From Longimicrobiales bacterium (GTDB lineage: Bacteria; Gemmatimonadota; Gemmatimonadetes; Longimicrobiales; Gaopeijiaceae): 64,000 bases of DNA. The DNA lies in the NCBI GenBank assembly GCA_041690395.1, contig JAWLHJ010000003.1, positions 1 to 64,000 of the forward strand, read 5' to 3'. The translations under genes and the position numbers were made by a program. This document shows positions 48,129 through 56,443 of this stretch, one piece after another; position 1 is the stretch's first letter; each line of letters starts with the position of its first letter. Under the pieces are notes generated by a model. That model ran no database searches and had not been told where the DNA came from. It saw only the letters and a list, made by a program, of their open reading frames with translations.

Positions 48129-51071
48129 TTGATCGCTACGGCTCAATTACCTATCCGAAGCTCGCCCCCTGCCGCGCGGCTCGATACGCCGTGGCTCGGG
48201 CTGCGCCGTGCCCTGTTTTTCGCTCTCGTCCTCGCCACCACGGTGTACGGCGTGTCGATGATGGCCGCGTTGGTGTCGGGTGGAGGCACGACCCGGCTCG
48301 AGCTGCTGATCCTCGTTTTGTTCGCGCCCACGTTCGCGTGGATCTCCGTCGCATTCTGGAATGCCGTGGTGGGGTTCATCCTCCGGGCGTTCGGACGCGA
48401 CCCGCTGACGCTCGAGCGCATCGACGCCCCGGGTGGCCCGGCCCGGTTGGCGCCGCTCAGTTCGAGAACGGCGCTGGTCGTGCCGGCCCGGAACGAAGAC
48501 GCCTACGCGGTCGTTCGGCGAATCGAGGCGATGTTGGGGTCCCTCGAGAGGGCAGGTCATGCCGGCGCCTTCGACGTGCACCTCCTGAGCGACACCGACG
48601 ATCCGGAGCGGATCCCGGCGGAAGATGGGGCGTGGGCGGGTCTGGCCGGGCGCTACTCGGGCGCGGCCGGGCTCCATTACCGACGCCGAGCGCACAACGA
48701 AGGTCGGAAAGCCGGCAACATCGCGGAGTTCCTCGGCCGCGCGGGCGCGGGGTACGAGTACATGGTGGTGTTGGACGCCGACTCCGTCATGTCGGCCGAC
48801 ACCCTCGTCCGGCTCGTGCGTACGATGGACGCGAACCCGACGGCCGGCCTGGTGCAGACGGTTCCGCTTCCGGGCCCGCAGACGACGCGCTTCGGGCGCT
48901 TCGTCGAGCTTGCCGCCGGCCTGTACGGACCGATGCTCGCGGCCGGGCAGAGCTTCTGGCAAGGCGACGCCGCCAACTACTGGGGGCACAACGCGATCGT
49001 GCGTGTCGAGCCCTTCGTGCGGCACTGTCGGCTGCCGGTGCTGTCCGGCTCGCCGCCCCTCGGCGGTGAGATCCTGTCGCACGACTTCGTGGAGGCCGCA
49101 TTGCTGCGTCGGGCCGGTTGGGGGGTATACCTCCTGGCCGGGGCCGGAGGGAGCTGGGAGGACGTCCCCGCGAACCTGATCGACTACGCGCGGCGGGACC
49201 GCCGTTGGTCCCAGGGAAGCCTGCAACACCTGAAGCTGCTCGCGCTCGGGGGCCTTCACCCCATCAGCCGGCTGCACTTCCTGCTGGGCGCCATGGGATA
49301 TGTGTCGTCCCTCCTGTGGCTCCTGCTTCTGTTGGCGAGCACGGCGTACGTGGCCGGCGTCGCGCCGCTCGCGGATCCCGTGCTGGACGGGGTCGCGGGC
49401 ATGGGCTCGTGGACCCTCCTCCAGCCTTTACCCTCGCTGCTGGCGGTGACGGCGGCGATCCTCTTTCTGCCCAAGGGACTCGGGTTGCTGCTCGCGCTCC
49501 GGCAGCGGGAGCGGTACGGGGGGGCGGCGCGGTTGATCGGTGCCGGTGTCGCGGAAGCAGGCTTCGCGGTCGTGGTGGCGCCGATCATGATGATGTTCCA
49601 CGCGAAGTTCGTGTTGGAAGTCATGGTAGGACATTCGGTTGCCTGGACGACGCAGCTCCGTGACGGCACGTCGGTGCCGTGGGGCGATGCGACCCGGGCG
49701 GTCGGATGGATCGGCGCCGGGGGACTCCTCTGGGCCGCGGGAACGTGGTCCCTGAGTCCTCTGTTCTTCGCGTGGATGGCCCCGATTTTCATCGGGCTGC
49801 TCGCCGCGATTCCTCTCGTCCGATGGACCTCTCGTCCGTCGGTCGGTGTTTTCGACTCCGGTCCGATGCAAGACCGGGTTCCATTTTCTCCGGTATCCGG
49901 GACCGCCGTAGAGCGGGGAGGTTCGGTGAACGATATGTACGAGGCAGAGCGTGGGCTCTTCGAGCTGAGACGGCGTCGGGCGCTGCTCGTCACGCACGCG
50001 GCGAACGGCGACGGTACGGCGGGGGGCGACGCGCTGGTCGCGTCCGCCGAAGGATTGGGTGACGAGACCTTGGCGTCCCTGCGCCGCCTCGCCGATGGGC
50101 CGCTCCACCTGGTCGTCACGCCGCACCGGGCCCGTGCCCTCGGCATCCAACTCAGCCCCGGCCCGCTGGCGTTGCGGCTCCCGGCCGACGCCGGTCCGGG
50201 TGACGTGCTCCACCTGTGCAGCGAGCGCGGATCGACTCCGCCACGCGGTATGACCGTTCGACCGGCCACGGCGGCCGAGGCGCAGGGTCTGGCGTTGGCC
50301 CGGCTCGCCCAGCTCCTCCCGGCTGTGGTGGCGGGAAGTGTCTCGTCGACCCCGCGTGCGGAGCTGACGGAGGTACTGGCCGCCCGCCGGATCCTGCAGG
50401 TCGACTCGAAGCGCATCCGTGCCGCGCTCGAAGCGCCGAGGATCTCCGTCTCGCAGGTCAGTGAAGCCCCGGTTCCGCTGCAGGATGCCGAGGACGCCCG
50501 CTTCGTCCTGTTCCGGGAGGATCATGCTCTCCTGGAGCACGTCGCGATCATGATCGGGCGTCGCGAAGCGTGGCCGGACCCGGTGCCGGTGCGGCTGCAC
50601 TCGGCGTGCCTCACGGGCGACCTGTTCGGGAGCCTGAAATGCGACTGCGGCGAGCAGCTTCGCGGGAGCCTTCGGCACTTCCAGGAGCAGGGGGGCGGCG
50701 TGCTGCTCTATCTCCAGCAGGAAGGGAGGGGCATCGGGCTCGGAAACAAGCTGCGGGCCTACTCGCTCCAGGACGGAGGACTCGACACGGTGGACGCGGA
50801 CTGCACGCTCGGCTTCGGACCGGACGAGCGGACCTACGACGCCGCTCTCGACATGCTCCACCAACTCGGGATCGAGCGCGTGCAGCTGCTCACGAACAAC
50901 CCGGACAAGCTGAGGGCCGTGGAGCGGGGCGGGATCCAGGTCATGGATCGCATGCCCCTCCACGGGACGCTCAACCGGTACAATCTCCCGTACGTGAAGG
51001 CGAAGGTGCAGCGCGCCGGCCACTGGCTGGGCGACATGCTCTCCGGCGTGTCGGGGAACGGAAGTAGTTGA
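48129..51071 (+). CDS. opgH: Glucans biosynthesis glucosyltransferase OpgH (MdoH) fused in frame to a RibA-type GTP cyclohydrolase II with a degenerate RibB-like linker domain
   Basis: OpgH motifs RKAGNI, VLDADS, YWGHNAI, LSHDFVEA, RDRRWSQG plus TMs; no stop before RibA motifs RLHSACLTGDLFGSLKCDCG, EGRGIG, TNNPDK. Confidence 0.88.
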   Translation: MIATAQLPIRSSPPAARLDTPWLGLRRALFFALVLATTVYGVSMMAALVSGGGTTRLELLILVLFAPTFAWISVAFWNAVVGFILRAFGRDPLTLERIDAPGGPARLAPLSSRTALVVPARNEDAYAVVRRIEAMLGSLERAGHAGAFDVHLLSDTDDPERIPAEDGAWAGLAGRYSGAAGLHYRRRAHNEGRKAGNIAEFLGRAGAGYEYMVVLDADSVMSADTLVRLVRTMDANPTAGLVQTVPLPGPQTTRFGRFVELAAGLYGPMLAAGQSFWQGDAANYWGHNAIVRVEPFVRHCRLPVLSGSPPLGGEILSHDFVEAALLRRAGWGVYLLAGAGGSWEDVPANLIDYARRDRRWSQGSLQHLKLLALGGLHPISRLHFLLGAMGYVSSLLWLLLLLASTAYVAGVAPLADPVLDGVAGMGSWTLLQPLPSLLAVTAAILFLPKGLGLLLALRQRERYGGAARLIGAGVAEAGFAVVVAPIMMMFHAKFVLEVMVGHSVAWTTQLRDGTSVPWGDATRAVGWIGAGGLLWAAGTWSLSPLFFAWMAPIFIGLLAAIPLVRWTSRPSVGVFDSGPMQDRVPFSPVSGTAVERGGSVNDMYEAERGLFELRRRRALLVTHAANGDGTAGGDALVASAEGLGDETLASLRRLADGPLHLVVTPHRARALGIQLSPGPLALRLPADAGPGDVLHLCSERGSTPPRGMTVRPATAAEAQGLALARLAQLLPAVVAGSVSSTPRAELTEVLAARRILQVDSKRIRAALEAPRISVSQVSEAPVPLQDAEDARFVLFREDHALLEHVAIMIGRREAWPDPVPVRLHSACLTGDLFGSLKCDCGEQLRGSLRHFQEQGGGVLLYLQQEGRGIGLGNKLRAYSLQDGGLDTVDADCTLGFGPDERTYDAALDMLHQLGIERVQLLTNNPDKLRAVERGGIQVMDRMPLHGTLNRYNLPYVKAKVQRAGHWLGDMLSGVSGNGSS
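49935..51071 (+). CDS. ribA: GTP cyclohydrolase II moiety (possible independent internal start)
   Basis: In-frame GTG 49926 / ATG 49935 preceded by GGGGAGG; Zn-binding C-X10-C-X-C and catalytic motifs intact. Confidence 0.7.
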   Translation: MYEAERGLFELRRRRALLVTHAANGDGTAGGDALVASAEGLGDETLASLRRLADGPLHLVVTPHRARALGIQLSPGPLALRLPADAGPGDVLHLCSERGSTPPRGMTVRPATAAEAQGLALARLAQLLPAVVAGSVSSTPRAELTEVLAARRILQVDSKRIRAALEAPRISVSQVSEAPVPLQDAEDARFVLFREDHALLEHVAIMIGRREAWPDPVPVRLHSACLTGDLFGSLKCDCGEQLRGSLRHFQEQGGGVLLYLQQEGRGIGLGNKLRAYSLQDGGLDTVDADCTLGFGPDERTYDAALDMLHQLGIERVQLLTNNPDKLRAVERGGIQVMDRMPLHGTLNRYNLPYVKAKVQRAGHWLGDMLSGVSGNGSS

Positions 51072-51090
51072 CCTGAGGCGGTTCCTGGCT

Positions 51091-51573
51091 GTGGCGGCCC
51101 TGGCGATGGCCGCCTGCTCCGGTCCGCCTGAGGTCGAGCGCGATCCCGCTCCGCTCCTGCAGACCTCGGCGGTGCGGTACACGTTCGAGCGGCACGACTT
51201 CGGCTATTCGACGACGATTCCGTTCACCTACAGGAACGAGACCGACGTCGACGTGCTCGTGGACCACTGTGACGGCGACGTCCGCCCGCTCCTCCAGATC
51301 CGCCGCGGCGACCGGTGGGTCGACCAGTGGCACCCGTTCATGGACGGCTGCTCGAGCCCACCCCTCCGTATCGCCCCCGGCGAGGTCTACTCCGACACGT
51401 TACGCGTGATCGGGGCCCCGCCGGGATCGAACGTCACGCCGGCCTTCGTGTTCGAAGACGTGGAAGGCGTGTATCGTTTGTATTGGTTCCAGGCGCGCCT
51501 TTCCGACTCGGACTCGGTCGCCACCGCACTGCCGTGGCGCGTCTCGAACCCGTTCGTGATCGAGCTCCCTTGA
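51091..51573 (+). CDS. Hypothetical lipoprotein
   Basis: Lipobox-like MAAC; beta-rich with a Cys pair. Start uncertain. Confidence 0.6.
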   Translation: MAALAMAACSGPPEVERDPAPLLQTSAVRYTFERHDFGYSTTIPFTYRNETDVDVLVDHCDGDVRPLLQIRRGDRWVDQWHPFMDGCSSPPLRIAPGEVYSDTLRVIGAPPGSNVTPAFVFEDVEGVYRLYWFQARLSDSDSVATALPWRVSNPFVIELP

Positions 51574-51588
51574 CGACATCGGCCGCCC

Positions 51589-51786
51589 ATGCCTCCCAGC
51601 AGATTCGTCTCCTCGGACCGCCTCATGCGGATGACGGTCTTCTTGACGTCCGCCGTCGTCATCCTGGTCGGGCTCGACGTCGGGCTTCGTGCGCTCGGCT
51701 CCGGTCCCGCAGCGCGCCTGGTGCTCGTCGTAGCGTGGCTGGTGCTGCTCCCGGTGCTCGGATGGCGCGTCTGGAAGGGCCATTGA
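51589..51786 (+). CDS. Small hypothetical 2-TM membrane protein
   Basis: 65 aa with two hydrophobic segments. Confidence 0.5.
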   Translation: MPPSRFVSSDRLMRMTVFLTSAVVILVGLDVGLRALGSGPAARLVLVVAWLVLLPVLGWRVWKGH

Positions 51787-51811
51787 CCCCTCGGGCTCGC
51801 ACGAGCAGGTT
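51783..51811 (+). promoter_or_regulatory. Putative sigma-70 promoter of thrS
   Basis: TTGACC-N17-CAGGTT. Confidence 0.4.
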
Positions 51812-51885
51812 CCGGAGACCGCCCACATCCCACGCCAGGCGCGGCCCCGATAGTCCCGGGCGCCGCGCTTTTTCAACCCTGAGCC

Positions 51886-53811
51886 ATGTCGAGCGAACAG
51901 ATCCGCATCACCCTTCCGAACGGGGACATCCTCGAGCTGCCCAAGGGATCGACGGCCGGTGAGGTCGCGGCCGCGATCGGGCCCGGTCTCGCGCGGGCCG
52001 CCCTGGCGGCAGTCGTGGACGGCACCACCATCGGTCTCATGGAGCCCATCGAGCAGGACGCGAGCATCCGGATCCTGACGGAGAAGGACCCGGAAGCGCT
52101 TCCGGTCCTGAGGCACTCCGCGGCGCACGTGCTCGCCACCGCCGTGCGGGAGCTCCGTCCCGGCGCGGGGATCGGCTTCGGTCCCGCCATCGATGAAGGG
52201 TTCTACTACGACTTCGACGTGGACGAGCCGTTCACCCCCGACGACCTCGAGGCGTTCGAGAAGCAGATGGCCGACGTGGTCGCTGCGGATCAGCCGTTCG
52301 AGCGCCGGAAGGTGGACAAGGCGGAGGCGCGCCGGCTCTTCGCGGACGACCCGCTCAAGCTGGAGCGGCTCGAGGAGTTCGACGACGACGAGGTGATCAC
52401 GGTATACGAGAACGGGCCCTTTCTCGACCTGTGCAAGGGACCGCACGTGCCGAGCACCGGCCGGCTCAAGCATTTCAAGCTCCTCTCCGGAGCCGGGGCG
52501 TACTGGCGGGGTGACGAGAAGCGTCAGATGCTGCAGCGGATCTACGGGACCGCTTTCCCGAGGAAGGAGGATCTCGAGCAGCACCTGACGCGCATCGAGG
52601 AAGCGAGGAAGCGCGATCACCGCCGGGTCGGGAAGGACCTCGACCTGTTCCTGTTCCACCCCTGGGCGCCGGGCGCGCCATTCTGGACCGACCGCGGCAC
52701 CCGGGTCTTCCGGACGCTGAGCGACTGGATGTCCGGCGTGTTGAGCGAGAACGGATACGAGCAGGTGAAGACGCCGCTGCTCTACAACAAGGCGCTGTGG
52801 GAGCAGTCGGGGCACTGGGGGAAGTACCGCGAGAACATGTTCATGGTGATGGACAAGGAATCGGGAGAGCACGACTTCTCGCTCAAGCCGATGAACTGCC
52901 CGTCCCACTACCTCCTGTACGCGTCCCGCAATCGCTCGTACCGTGAGCTCCCCGTCCGCTTCGCGACACAGGACGTCCTCCACCGGAACGAGATCACCGG
53001 AGCGCTCAGCGGTCTCACGCGGGTGCGGCAGTTCCAGCAGGACGACGCCCACATCTTCCTCAAGGAAGACCAGATCGAGGACGAGGTCCGACGGCTGGTC
53101 GAGCTCATCGACTACTTCTATCGGACGCTCGGCCTGGAGTACACGACGAAGTTCGCCACCCGTCCGGAGCAGCGGATCGGTGAGGACGCCATGTGGGACC
53201 GCGCGGAGGGTGCGCTCCGGGACGCGCTCGAGGCGCTCGATCGTCCGTACGAGTTGAAGGAGGGCGACGGAGCCTTCTACGGCCCGAAGATCGACTTCGA
53301 CGTGGTCGACGCGATCGGTCGTGAGTGGCAGCTCGGCACGATCCAGCTCGACTACGCGAACCCGGAGCGATTCGACCTCACGTACGTGGGCGAGGACAAC
53401 AGCGAGCACCGTCCGGTGATCATCCACCGGGCCATCTTCGGATCGTTCGAGCGCTTCATCGCGATCCTGATCGAGCACTACGCCGGGGCGCTCCCGACGT
53501 GGCTCTCGCCCGAGCAGGTGCGGGTGCTGCCGGTGTCGGAGCAGTGGACCGAGAGCGCGCGCGAGCTGGTGCACGATCTGCGTGTGGCGGGCGTGCGCGC
53601 CGAGCTCGCGGACCGAGAGACGCTCCCGTACCGGATCCGCGAGGCCGAGAAGATGAAGATCCCGTATATGGGCGTCGTGGGCGAGCGCGAGGCCGAGGCC
53701 GGCACCGTGGCCGTGCGCAAGCGCGGAACGGGGAAGAAGCAGGAAGTGATGCCGCGGGCGGACTTCGTGGAACGGGTGGCCCGGGAGACGCGCGACAAGG
53801 AGCTCGACTGA
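51886..53811 (+). CDS. thrS: Threonine--tRNA ligase
   Basis: TGS domain, RHSAAH, DLCKGPHV, KPMNCP, GLTRVRQFQQDDAH, FYGPKID, IHRAIFGSFERF. Confidence 0.98.
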   Translation: MSSEQIRITLPNGDILELPKGSTAGEVAAAIGPGLARAALAAVVDGTTIGLMEPIEQDASIRILTEKDPEALPVLRHSAAHVLATAVRELRPGAGIGFGPAIDEGFYYDFDVDEPFTPDDLEAFEKQMADVVAADQPFERRKVDKAEARRLFADDPLKLERLEEFDDDEVITVYENGPFLDLCKGPHVPSTGRLKHFKLLSGAGAYWRGDEKRQMLQRIYGTAFPRKEDLEQHLTRIEEARKRDHRRVGKDLDLFLFHPWAPGAPFWTDRGTRVFRTLSDWMSGVLSENGYEQVKTPLLYNKALWEQSGHWGKYRENMFMVMDKESGEHDFSLKPMNCPSHYLLYASRNRSYRELPVRFATQDVLHRNEITGALSGLTRVRQFQQDDAHIFLKEDQIEDEVRRLVELIDYFYRTLGLEYTTKFATRPEQRIGEDAMWDRAEGALRDALEALDRPYELKEGDGAFYGPKIDFDVVDAIGREWQLGTIQLDYANPERFDLTYVGEDNSEHRPVIIHRAIFGSFERFIAILIEHYAGALPTWLSPEQVRVLPVSEQWTESARELVHDLRVAGVRAELADRETLPYRIREAEKMKIPYMGVVGEREAEAGTVAVRKRGTGKKQEVMPRADFVERVARETRDKELD

Positions 53812-53838
53812 CCAGGGCTCCGAGACGCGCCATCGCCG

Positions 53839-53867
53839 TTGACCGCGCGCCCTCATTGCCTCATCTT
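53839..53867 (+). promoter_or_regulatory. Putative sigma-70 promoter of infC-rpmI-rplT
   Basis: TTGACC-N17-CATCTT. Confidence 0.45.
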
Positions 53868-53874
53868 GTCCGCA

Positions 53875-54023
53875 CGACAATCAGGAAGTGGGCCGGAGAC
53901 GACGCCGGTCCCACCCTCGGGCTCCACGAGAGCCGACTCGAGGGTCGCTTCGTCAGGGGAAAGCCGGAGGCTCACCCCTTGACGGCGTTCGCGACCCGGG
54001 TCTCTCTGAGCTCGGGTCTTTTT
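53875..54023 (+). promoter_or_regulatory. Structured leader/attenuator upstream of infC (L20-leader-like)
   Basis: GAAGTGGG-CCGG..CCGG-TCCCACC stem, CGTCAGGGG/CCCCTTGACG stem, terminator GACCCGGGT..GCTCGGGTC-TTTTT, and competing antiterminator GGGTCGC/GCGACCC. Confidence 0.55.
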
Positions 54024-54085
54024 CGTTTCGTGATCGGTCGTCGCTGGGACGACCGACACAGGCCACGTTCGGAGGTATAGAGGAA

Positions 54086-54607
54086 ATCAACGACAAGCGA
54101 GTCCGCGTGAACGAGCAGATCCGGATCAGCCCCGTCCGGCTGATCCAGGACGATGGCGAGCAGATCGGCATCGTGTCCCTCGACGAGGCCCGCGAGCGGG
54201 CGGCCGAGCGAGGCATGGACCTGGTCGAAGTCGCGGCAGAGGCCCGCCCGCCCGTGGTCAAGATGATGGACTACGGGAAGTTCAAGTACGAAGCCCAACG
54301 GGCTGCCCGAGATGCGCGGAAGAAGCAGCACACGATCCAGGTCAAGGAAGTGAAGTTCCGGCCCGGGATCGAGGACCATGACTACGAGTTCAAGGTCCGC
54401 CACGCACGTCGTTTCCTCGACGAGGGGAACAAGGTCAAGCTGACCATGATGTTCAGGGGTCGGCAGGTGACCCATCCGGAGTTGGGGCTCGAAGTCCTCG
54501 CCCGGGTGATGGAGGACATTCAGGATCTCGGCAAAGCGGAATCGCAGCCGAGCATGGAGGGCCGGGTCATGTCGATGATGGTCGGCCCGCTCAAGGTACC
54601 GAAGTAA
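54086..54607 (+). CDS. infC: Translation initiation factor IF-3 (non-canonical start ATC 54086, or ATA 54077)
   Basis: RVNEQIR, DLVEV, MDYGKFKYE, KEVKFRP, FRGRQ; SD GGAGGT at 54071 with no in-frame ATG/GTG at a suitable distance. Confidence 0.95.
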   Translation: MNDKRVRVNEQIRISPVRLIQDDGEQIGIVSLDEARERAAERGMDLVEVAAEARPPVVKMMDYGKFKYEAQRAARDARKKQHTIQVKEVKFRPGIEDHDYEFKVRHARRFLDEGNKVKLTMMFRGRQVTHPELGLEVLARVMEDIQDLGKAESQPSMEGRVMSMMVGPLKVPK

Positions 54608-54654
54608 TCACCGGGTCCTGAGGGCTCGGCCCACAGGAAGAACGGAGAAATTAG

Positions 54655-54855
54655 ATGCCCAAGATGAAGACCCACCGCGGTGCGGCGAAGCGCGTCAAGA
54701 AGACGGGCTCCGGCAAGTTCAAGCGCATGCGGGCGAACAAGAGCCACATCCTCACGAAGAAGACGCGGAAGCGTAAGCGCCGTCTTCGTAAGCCGGATAT
54801 GGTGTCCAAGTCCGACGCCAAGAAGTTGAACAAGATTCTCCCCTACGGCGCGTAA
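54655..54855 (+). CDS. rpmI: 50S ribosomal protein L35
   Basis: [13 protein letters not shown]...HILTKK. Confidence 0.97.
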   Translation: MPKMKTHRGAAKRVKKTGSGKFKRMRANKSHILTKKTRKRKRRLRKPDMVSKSDAKKLNKILPYGA

Positions 54856-54867
54856 GGAGGCCGAGAG

Positions 54868-55236
54868 ATGCCAAGAGCAACCTCCGCATCCGCGCGGAAC
54901 AAGCGTAAGAAAAAGATCTTCAAGGCCGCCAAAGGTTACTTCGGCGGCCGGAAGAACCTGTATCGCACCGCGAAGGACGCGGTCGAGAAGGGGTGGCAGC
55001 ACGCGTATCGGGACCGCAAGAAGAAGAAGCGGAACTTCCGGCGGCTCTGGATCGCGCGCATCAACGCCGCGGCCCGTGAGCACGACCTCTCCTACTCGCG
55101 CTTCATCAACGGCCTGAAGGAGGCCGGGATCGAGCTCGACAGGAAGGCGCTCGCCGACCTGGCCGTCCGCAACCCCGAGGCGTTCGGTACCCTCGTGGGT
55201 CACGCGAAGGACAGCCTGGCCGCCAAGAGCAGCTGA
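54868..55236 (+). CDS. rplT: 50S ribosomal protein L20
   Basis: [39 protein letters not shown]. Confidence 0.98.
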   Translation: MPRATSASARNKRKKKIFKAAKGYFGGRKNLYRTAKDAVEKGWQHAYRDRKKKKRNFRRLWIARINAAAREHDLSYSRFINGLKEAGIELDRKALADLAVRNPEAFGTLVGHAKDSLAAKSS

Positions 55237-55288
55237 CCCGGGCCGACCGACCGAGGATGCGCGAGCATCCCGGAATCGCGGCAGGATC

Positions 55289-55334
55289 GATGGAGGGTCT
55301 CGTGGCTACGGCCGCGGGACCCTCCGTCCGTTTC
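55289..55334 (+). terminator. Intrinsic terminator after rplT
   Basis: GATGGAGGGTCTCGTGGC-tacg-GCCGCGGGACCCTCCGTC followed by CGTTTC. Confidence 0.65.
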
Positions 55335-55346
55335 AGGACCGTCCGA

Positions 55347-55374
55347 TTGCATCCGGACCCGCGCTTGATAGCTT
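55347..55374 (+). promoter_or_regulatory. Putative promoter of pheST
   Basis: TTGCAT-N16-TAGCTT with extended -10 TGn. Confidence 0.4.
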
Positions 55375-55420
55375 ACGGACCGCCCCGCGAAAGGGGACCC
55401 TTCCGACATCCTCCGAGACC

Positions 55421-56443
55421 ATGACGCAGCCAGACCTGATCGACGCCCTACGCGCCCTCGAGCGCGAAGCCCTGGAACGGATTTCGGTCGCGGACGACTC
55501 GGACGGCCTCGAGCAGGTCCGTGTCGCCTATCTCGGACGGAAGGAGGGACGCGTCTCGGAGATCCTCCGCGGGCTCGGCTCGATGCCGCCCGAAAAGAGG
55601 CCCCAGGTCGGTCAGGAGGCGAATCGCGTCAAGGACGCCCTGGCCGAGGCGCTCGAGCGCCGTGAGGCCGAGGTCGCCGTCGCCGAAGGGGGCGGCCTCG
55701 GCGACCTGTCGCTCCCGGCGCGCGAGCCGTGGCGCGGCGGCCTGCACCCCATCACGCAGGCCGTGGACGAGATCTGGCGGATCTTCCGGGGGCTCGGCTT
55801 CACGCGGGCACGAGGCCCCGAGGCGGACAGCGAGTGGTACAACTTCGAGGCGCTCAACACGCCCCTCGACCACCCGGCCGCGGACGAGCAGGACACGCTC
55901 TACCTGGTCGACTCGGTACTCCTGCGGAGCCATACGTCCCCGGTGCAGATGCGCACCATGGAGCGGCACGAGCCCCCGATCCGCATCCTCGCTCCGGGGT
56001 GGGTGTACCGCCGCGACACATACGACGCCACCCATACCCCCGCCTTCATGCAGATCGAGGGGTTGGTCATCGACGAGGGCGTCTCGTTCGTCGACTTCAA
56101 GGCGACGCTGGCCGAGTTCGCCCGCCGGTATTGGGGCCCCGACACGCAGGTGCGCTTCCGTCCGTCCTTCTTCCCGTTCACCGAGCCGAGCGCGGAGGTC
56201 GACGTCAAGCGCGTCATCACCCACCCCGACGGCAGCCGTGAGGAGACCGACTGGCTCGAGATCATGGGGGCCGGGATGGTCGATCCCGCAGTGATCGAGA
56301 ACGCCGGGCACGACCCGGAGCGCTACACCGGATGGGCCTTCGGCATGGGGCCGGGGCGGATCGCCATGCTCAAGCATGGGGTCAAGGATCTCCGCACGTT
56401 CTTCGAGAACGACGTCCGTTTCCTCTCCCAGTTCGCGTCATGA
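55421..56443 (+). CDS. pheS: Phenylalanine--tRNA ligase alpha subunit
   Basis: LHPIT, NFEALN, LLRSHTSPVQ, FRPSFFPFTEPS, GWAFGMG. Confidence 0.97.
   Translation: MTQPDLIDALRALEREALERISVADDSDGLEQVRVAYLGRKEGRVSEILRGLGSMPPEKRPQVGQEANRVKDALAEALERREAEVAVAEGGGLGDLSLPAREPWRGGLHPITQAVDEIWRIFRGLGFTRARGPEADSEWYNFEALNTPLDHPAADEQDTLYLVDSVLLRSHTSPVQMRTMERHEPPIRILAPGWVYRRDTYDATHTPAFMQIEGLVIDEGVSFVDFKATLAEFARRYWGPDTQVRFRPSFFPFTEPSAEVDVKRVITHPDGSREETDWLEIMGAGMVDPAVIENAGHDPERYTGWAFGMGPGRIAMLKHGVKDLRTFFENDVRFLSQFAS

Noticed and set aside
42231..51071. Ordinary riboflavin biosynthesis operon
   Set aside because: No ribE/ribH, no deaminase domain, no FMN riboswitch seen, and the RibB-like part is degenerate.
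37198..51786. Mobile island boundaries around the cluster
   Set aside because: No integrase, transposase, tRNA or flanking direct repeats were recognised.
53888..54076. N-terminal extension of IF-3 from GTG 53888
   Set aside because: It overlaps the structured leader and terminator; the SD position supports a non-canonical start near 54077-54086.
55237..55420. T-box or PheM-type leader before pheS
   Set aside because: No T-box consensus or Phe-rich leader peptide; the region is explained by the rplT terminator plus a promoter.
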